Source: an uncultured bacterium
Lineage (GTDB): Bacteria > Omnitrophota > Omnitrophia > Omnitrophales > Aquincolibacteriaceae
Length of the DNA: 64,000 nucleotides
Direction: 5' to 3'
Assembly (NCBI GenBank): GCA_964434115.1
Contig: CAYSSX010000003.1
Coordinates: forward strand, 12,554-76,553
The translations under genes and the position numbers were made by a program. The notes under the pieces were generated by a model that was not told the DNA's origin, made no database searches, and was given only the letters and a program-made list of their open reading frames with translations. This document shows, in pieces, positions 56,501 through 61,440 of the stretch. Position 1 is the first letter of the stretch; each line of letters begins with the position of its first letter.

Positions 56501-57499
56501 TTTCAGACATTCCGGAATTTGAAGGAAAGGCAGGAACTCATGGCGCGTAATGAACTTCGCCTGGCAGAGGCCCCGGATGTTTCCTCGACGCAGGGATGGA
56601 AACAAACATTGGCTGAAACCATAAGCCCGGTGTTTTCTCTCCGTTTGCCCGGCCTTTTTGGTTCTGACGTTCAGGCTTCTGTGATTGATGCCTCCCGTAA
56701 TTTGGGAGGGGTTTATTCCGTGGCGGAAGTTGAAAAACGTCTTCCGGATCAAGTGGCCGTGGAAGGCGATCTTTCCGGAACAGGACAGCTTTCCCGTGAG
56801 CAGGCGGCTCAGAAGTGGGTTGCCCGGCAAGTGATGCAGGAGAATGGGCTCTTTGAGCGTTCGGGGGTTGAGGATGAAGCCCTTCAGAAAATGCTGTCAG
56901 AAATTCCGGAACTCCCCATGCGCGCAGCCGAGGATCAGGGAGCCGCGGGATTGTCCGCGGAAGTGCACATTCAAATGCCTGCAGTCCCTCAAGATCTGAC
57001 AGGCTTTTTGCCCGTGCTGGCCGTAGTGGCTTCCGTGAACGGGGCCTTGCATTTGAATATGAGTTCCCTGGATGAAGCGGGCGCGAAAAAATTCGAAAGA
57101 CAGATTTTGGATCTGGCAGCCGAAAAACGGATTCAGTTAAAACGCGGACAATTTCAGGTGAGGGCCGGGGCAGGTGCCGCCCTTTTCGCTTCTGTTCCCC
57201 AATCCCGGTTGAATGCCTCCGACCATCACGCCTTGCTTGGGGAAGAAGATGTTTTTAACAGCTTTCCGAAACGGCGGGGGTTGAATCTTTTCAGCCTCGA
57301 TCCGGCTGCGGTTTCTGATCCGGGTCTTTTTGCATCCACCGTGATCACGGTTCTTCAGGCCATGGCGCTTGGAAAACAGCCGGAGGATTATTTCCACGTC
57401 CTGAATCCCAAGAGCCTTTTCCCGCAGAATTTCCAGGCCGTGGTGCAGGCGGTTTCGACCTATCTCGCGGCCCAGGCACGCATCGCTGCCGCGGCTTAA
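44528..57499 (+). CDS. Giant multidomain protein 3 (4323 aa). It has an N-terminal hydrophobic anchor, the shared two-His N-module, an FPGT/fucokinase-like nucleotidyltransferase, a CheR-like methyltransferase, a CBM-like module, a GT5 glycogen/starch-synthase-like glycosyltransferase, a class-I methyltransferase and a PEP-utilising enzyme (phosphohistidine plus PEP-binding barrel)
   Basis: Uninterrupted 12972-nt ORF starting 155 bp after giant 2. N-module motifs are QDAH at 44792..44803 and GGFH at 46136..46147. The domain motifs are listed in the sub-features below. Confidence 0.8.
   Translation: [4323 protein letters not shown]
44792..46147 (+). other. Shared N-terminal module of giant 3
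   Basis: [15 protein letters not shown] ... [25 protein letters not shown] ... [18 protein letters not shown]. Confidence 0.6.
46793..48300 (+). other. Fucose-1-phosphate guanylyltransferase (FPGT)/fucokinase-family-like nucleotidyltransferase region with a hexapeptide-like tail
   Basis: [22 protein letters not shown]...[24 protein letters not shown] and [30 protein letters not shown] parallel the FPGT pattern W-D-VVITA..E.Q...Y..QL...DP.G..GSGGSTL.AL and IIHSGGYSQRLP. It is followed by a [29 protein letters not shown] beta-helix-like stretch. Confidence 0.45.
48900..49620 (+). other. CheR-like SAM-dependent methyltransferase domain
   Basis: [24 protein letters not shown] matches the CheR motif VWSAACSTGEEPYSIAM, and [16 protein letters not shown] matches the downstream CheR motif. 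Confidence 0.55.
50400..50700 (+). other. Putative carbohydrate-binding (CBM20/25/53-like) module preceding the GT5 domain
   Basis: [40 protein letters not shown] has the beta-sandwich pattern of a short V-x-F strand followed by a W/H-G-x-x-x-W aromatic cluster. The position mirrors the CBMs of starch synthase III. Confidence 0.3.
51040..52700 (+). other. GT5-type (glycogen/starch synthase-like) GT-B glycosyltransferase domain
   Basis: The N-terminal [41 protein letters not shown] matches the GlgA motif KTGGLADV. The C-terminal [37 protein letters not shown] matches the GlgA motif [33 protein letters not shown]. Confidence 0.7.
52940..53330 (+). other. Class-I SAM-dependent methyltransferase-like domain
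   Basis: [18 protein letters not shown] is motif I-like, [13 protein letters not shown] is motif II-like and [14 protein letters not shown] is motif III-like. Confidence 0.4.
54880..56260 (+). other. PEP-utilising enzyme module (mobile phosphohistidine domain plus TIM-barrel PEP-binding domain)
   Basis: [21 protein letters not shown] parallels [54 protein letters not shown] and [14 protein letters not shown] (the classic IGTNDLTQ motif) are all present. Confidence 0.65.
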
Positions 57500-57519
57500 A
57501 CAAGACCCAAAAATGGCCT

Positions 57520-57547
57520 TTGCTTCCCGGGACGAAATCAGTATAAT
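57520..57547 (+). promoter_or_regulatory. Candidate sigma-70 promoter for tRNA-Glu
   Basis: TTGCTT at 57520..57525, a 16 nt spacer and TATAAT at 57542..57547, about 36 nt upstream of the tRNA. Confidence 0.4.
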
Positions 57548-57583
57548 ACCCCCTCTTATTCGGGCCCATTAGACCTCCTTTAT

Positions 57584-57658
57584 GTCCCCATCGTCTAGCT
57601 CGGCCTAGGACACTAGATTTTCATTCTAGCGACAGGGGTTCAAATCCCCTTGGGGACG
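57584..57658 (+). tRNA. tRNA-Glu (anticodon UUC)
   Basis: A manual cloverleaf fits: acceptor GTCCCCA/TGGGGAC, D-stem GTCT/GGAC, anticodon stem CTAGA/TCTAG with loop TTTTCAT (anticodon TTC), T-arm AGGGG-TTCAAAT-CCCCT and discriminator G. Confidence 0.85.
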
Positions 57659-57702
57659 TAATTTTTAATCAACAGCCTGTCGTAAACCGGCTGAGCAAGT
57701 TT

Positions 57703-57733
57703 AAAAAAGGCTGGCTTTTGCCAGCCTTTTTTA
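57703..57733 (+). terminator. Rho-independent terminator after tRNA-Glu
   Basis: GGCTGGC-tttt-GCCAGCC is followed by TTTTTT. Confidence 0.65.
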
Positions 57734-57756
57734 TTTCCAGACTGTCCTGACCCTTT

Positions 57757-58728
57757 ATGACTCTGCGAAAAGCAAATCCTGAAAATATCCGGGAAGCCGC
57801 TGCGATTCTTCAACAGGGCGGACTTGTTGCTTTCCCGACTGAAACGGTCTATGGCCTGGGGGCGAATGCGCTGAACCCCGCCGCCGTTGCTCAAATCTTC
57901 GAAGTCAAAAACCGTCCTTTCTTTGATCCGTTGATTGTTCATGTCGCGGACCGCTCCGAAGTTGAAAAATTTGCGTTTGTTTCTGAACAGGCAAAACAGC
58001 TTCTGGAGGTTTTTTGCCCGGGTCCACTGACCCTTGTGTTGAAGCGTAAAAATAATATTCCCGACCTCGTGACGTCAGGGCTGCCGACTGTGGCGATCCG
58101 GGTACCTGCTCATCCCGTGGCGCTCGCCCTGATCCGGGAGAGCGGATTTCCTATTGCCGCCCCGAGTGCCAATCCCTTTGGTTTTCTAAGTCCCACCACG
58201 GCCCAGCATGTCGAAGCTTCTTTGGGAGATAAGGTGGCTATGGTTCTTGACGGGGGCGTTTGTGAAACGGGGGTCGAATCCACGATTGTGGATGTGTCCG
58301 GAGAGAAGCCCGCGCTTTTACGGCCCGGAGGAATTCCCGTGGAAGAAATTGAACGCGTCATCGGCTTTCTCGAAGTTCCAGAAGCCGGCACAAAACCCAC
58401 GGCTCCCGGACAGCTTGAGCAGCATTATGCCCCGAGGACTCCCTTGAGGATTCTTTCCCTGGATCAAATAGTGAAGCACCCCAAACTTTCCAGCGCGGGA
58501 ATTCTTCTTCTGAAGAACGCCCGGGAAAAAATTTCCGCAAAGGCTTGCGAAGTCCTTTCTCCGAAGGGCTCTCTTAATGAAGCCGCGCAGAATTTATTTG
58601 CGGCGCTCCACCGCCTGGATGAAAGCGGCGCTGACGTCATTTTTGCGGAGCCTGTTCCCGAAACCGGCCTCGGGCGTGCGATCATGGACCGCCTCCGCAG
58701 AGCCGCGGCCTCCCGCGGCGGCCATTGA
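57757..58728 (+). CDS. tsaC: L-threonylcarbamoyladenylate synthase (Sua5/YwlC type, YrdC domain plus Sua5 C-domain)
   Basis: GGLVAFPTETVYGLGANA, FEVKNRPFFDPLIVHV and IAAPSANPFG form the YrdC fold. The total length of 323 aa includes the Sua5 C-terminal extension. Confidence 0.8.
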   Translation: MTLRKANPENIREAAAILQQGGLVAFPTETVYGLGANALNPAAVAQIFEVKNRPFFDPLIVHVADRSEVEKFAFVSEQAKQLLEVFCPGPLTLVLKRKNNIPDLVTSGLPTVAIRVPAHPVALALIRESGFPIAAPSANPFGFLSPTTAQHVEASLGDKVAMVLDGGVCETGVESTIVDVSGEKPALLRPGGIPVEEIERVIGFLEVPEAGTKPTAPGQLEQHYAPRTPLRILSLDQIVKHPKLSSAGILLLKNAREKISAKACEVLSPKGSLNEAAQNLFAALHRLDESGADVIFAEPVPETGLGRAIMDRLRRAAASRGGH

Positions 58729-58776
58729 TGCCGGAAGGCTTCCCTTTCCGCGCTTTTTCATGTAATTTGTCTCTTC

Positions 58777-60009
58777 ATGGATAAGAAAAAGCACCTCCTC
58801 CACGGAATCCCTCAAAACATTTTTATTTTTGGCGTCGTGAGTTTTTTGACCGACGTCTCCAGCGATATGATTTTTCCCCTGCTGCCGATTTTTCTCACCC
58901 AGGTGCTTGGAGCAGGGCAGGGTTTTCTGGGGTTGGTGGAAGGCGTTGCGGAATCAACGGCGGCTTTTTTCATGCTCCTTTCCGGTCTTTGGGCGGACCG
59001 TATCAAGGACCGCAGCAAACTGGTTTTGGCCGGATATGGTTTTTCCGCGTTTTCAAAACCGCTGATGGCTTTTGCCTGGAATCCCTGGGTCGTTCTATTT
59101 GTCCGCTTTGCGGACAGGATCGGTAAAGGGGTGCGCACTTCTCCCCGGGACGCGCTTATCGCGGATTCCGTAAGCGCGCAGCACCGAGGAAAGGCTTACG
59201 GCCTTCAAAGGTCCCTTGATCATGCGGGAGCGGTGACAGGGCCGATTTTAGCATCGCTGCTTCTTGCTTTCTGGGTCAAGGATCTCAGACAGCTTTTTTT
59301 AATTGCGGCCGTTCCAGGCATCCTCGGCGTTTTTCTAATTGCCTGGAAAGTCCGGGAAGTTTCCCCGGAACGGCAGCGCAGTGCCAAACAGCCTGTCTCT
59401 TTAAAGCCGCCTTCAGGAAAACTCAGAATTTACCTCGCGATTCTTTTCCTCTTTGTTCTCGGCAGTTCCTCGGATGCCTTTTTGCTTTTGCGGGCCGCCG
59501 AGCTGGGTGTTCCGCATTCCTTAATGCCGATGCTCTGGCTTGTTTTAAATTTAGTGAAGGCCCTGACAACGCTTCCTTTCGGCGCCTTGTCAGACCGCTT
59601 AGGAAGAAGGCGCGTGATTCTTATGGGCTGGATGGTTTATACGCTGGTCTATGCCGGCTTTGCTTTTGCGAAAAGTCCGCTGCATGCCTGGATTCTCTTT
59701 ACCGCGTATGGACTTTTCTACGGGTTTACCGAAGGCGGTGAGCGTGCGATTTTAGCAGATTATGCCGGTCACTCAGGAAAAGGGCAGGCCTTTGGCTGGT
59801 ATTACTTCATTGTCGGAACAGCGGCCCTTCCGGCGAGTCTGATTTTTGGTTTTGTGTGGCAGGTTTATGGATCTCAGGCCTCTTTTTTGATGGGCGCCAC
59901 CATGGCCGCGACCGCCAGTGTGCTGCTCATGCTTTTTCTAAGGCTGGTTCCTTCCTCAACGCACCATGAGGAGGTTCCGAACCCGCCCTTAAACTCACCG
60001 TCCAGCTGA
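58777..60009 (+). CDS. MFS transporter
   Basis: Twelve predicted TM helices, with the MFS motif ADRIGKGVRTSPRDALIAD (GxxxDRxGRR-like) in loop 2-3. Confidence 0.75.
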   Translation: MDKKKHLLHGIPQNIFIFGVVSFLTDVSSDMIFPLLPIFLTQVLGAGQGFLGLVEGVAESTAAFFMLLSGLWADRIKDRSKLVLAGYGFSAFSKPLMAFAWNPWVVLFVRFADRIGKGVRTSPRDALIADSVSAQHRGKAYGLQRSLDHAGAVTGPILASLLLAFWVKDLRQLFLIAAVPGILGVFLIAWKVREVSPERQRSAKQPVSLKPPSGKLRIYLAILFLFVLGSSSDAFLLLRAAELGVPHSLMPMLWLVLNLVKALTTLPFGALSDRLGRRRVILMGWMVYTLVYAGFAFAKSPLHAWILFTAYGLFYGFTEGGERAILADYAGHSGKGQAFGWYYFIVGTAALPASLIFGFVWQVYGSQASFLMGATMAATASVLLMLFLRLVPSSTHHEEVPNPPLNSPSS

Positions 60010-60042
60010 ACCCACGGGGATCCCGGAAAAAACGGCGGGCTT

Positions 60043-61431
60043 ATGCTTTTCCACACTTTTCCATTTCTTCTTTTTTTTCTGACCGTTTATTTTTTGTACC
60101 TCTTTTTACCGCTGCGCGGGCAGAACCTCCTTCTCCTGGCGGCAAGCTATGTTTTTTATTCCGCCTGGGACTGGCGGTTTGCCGTACTTCTTTTGATTTC
60201 AACCGCCGTGGACTATCTTTCCGCTATCCAGATGGAAGATTCCCGGGGCTTGCGGCGGTTTTTTCTGGGCTTGAGCCTCTTTACGAATTTAGGGATCCTG
60301 GGGTTCTTCAAATACTTCAATTTCTTTTCGGCAAGTCTGGCGGATTTACTGGCTTGTTTTCATTTTCAGTCGCACCCGGTATTTCTGAAAGTCATTCTTC
60401 CCGCAGGTGTTTCGTTTTACACCTTCCAATCGATAAGTTACAGCGTGGATGTGTACCGCGGGAAGTGGCGAGCCGTACGCCGCTTTCCTGATTTTGCCCT
60501 TTATGTTTCCTTTTTCCCGCAGCTCTTGGCCGGGCCGATCAGCCGTGCTTCCCAGCTTTTACCGCAGATCACCCGTCCTCGAAAAATTTCCTTTGAAGGC
60601 TTTCAAAGCGGATGCCTTCTTTTTTTTCTGGGACTGTTTCAAAAAATTTATGTCGCCGATCACTTGTCGGGTATCGTCCATTCCATTTTCGACCGGGCAG
60701 GCCCCTGGACCGCGGCGGAAGCCGCACTCGGTGCCGCCGCTTTTTCGTTTCAAATTTACGGGGATTTTGCAGGTTACTCGAACATGGCTCGGGGACTAGC
60801 ACGCATGATGGCGTTTGACCTTCCGGTGAATTTCAAACAGCCTTTTTTCTCGGCAGGGCCGAAGGAGTTCTGGCAGCGCTGGCATATCAGCCTCTCCGAA
60901 TGGATTCGTGACTACCTTTATATCCCGCTGGGTGGAAATCAGGGGAGCCGTGTCCGGCAGGCAGGGGTTCTTATCATCACTTTGACCCTGGCAGGGCTTT
61001 GGCATGGAGCTGCCTGGACTTTTGTTCTTTGGGGGCTTTATCACGGACTCTTGCTGGTGCTGTACCGCGGAGTCGGGGTTCTGTTTCCGTCCAGGCCGGT
61101 GCCCGAAGGACTGCTGGCCCGAGCTTTGTTTTTTGCCCTTACCGCTTACGGATTCCTTATTTTCCGCGCGCATTCCCTTTCGCAGGTTCTGGAGATGACC
61201 CGGAGTCTTTTTTCTTTAACGGCAGGGAGCGGGTTTGCTCTGATCAAACCCCTGTTCTTCATTCTTCTCCCGCTGTTCGTCTTGGAAATTTTTGAGAAGG
61301 CGAAAGGTGTGCCGGAAGCCCTTACCCGGCTTCCGCTGGCTTTCCGCTGGACAATCTATATTGCCCTTTTCCATCTCATGCTCTATAGCGGCAATGCGAA
61401 CCCGAAGCAGTTCATTTACTTTCAGTTTTAG
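60043..61431 (+). CDS. MBOAT-family membrane-bound O-acyltransferase (AlgI/DltB-like)
   Basis: A polytopic protein with WHISLSEWIRDYLYIPLGGN (the MBOAT catalytic His region) and FWQRWH. Confidence 0.85.
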   Translation: MLFHTFPFLLFFLTVYFLYLFLPLRGQNLLLLAASYVFYSAWDWRFAVLLLISTAVDYLSAIQMEDSRGLRRFFLGLSLFTNLGILGFFKYFNFFSASLADLLACFHFQSHPVFLKVILPAGVSFYTFQSISYSVDVYRGKWRAVRRFPDFALYVSFFPQLLAGPISRASQLLPQITRPRKISFEGFQSGCLLFFLGLFQKIYVADHLSGIVHSIFDRAGPWTAAEAALGAAAFSFQIYGDFAGYSNMARGLARMMAFDLPVNFKQPFFSAGPKEFWQRWHISLSEWIRDYLYIPLGGNQGSRVRQAGVLIITLTLAGLWHGAAWTFVLWGLYHGLLLVLYRGVGVLFPSRPVPEGLLARALFFALTAYGFLIFRAHSLSQVLEMTRSLFSLTAGSGFALIKPLFFILLPLFVLEIFEKAKGVPEALTRLPLAFRWTIYIALFHLMLYSGNANPKQFIYFQF

Positions 61432-61440
61432 AGGAATTTT

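Noticed and set aside
56174-56830. Minus-strand 218-aa ORF inside giant 3, plus many shorter antisense ORFs across 44.9-57.4 kb
   Set aside because: It is antisense to the PEP-utilising barrel, which has clear motifs on the plus strand. There is no RBS and it is not coding-like.
797-57499. Considered whether the giants are non-ribosomal peptide or polyketide synthases, or RHS/adhesin-type repeat proteins
   Set aside because: No condensation, adenylation, KS, AT or PCP motifs are visible (no GGxS carrier sites or LGG/HHxxxDG blocks). There are no tandem Ig/cadherin/RHS repeats. The recognisable domains are sugar-nucleotide and glycan enzymes instead.
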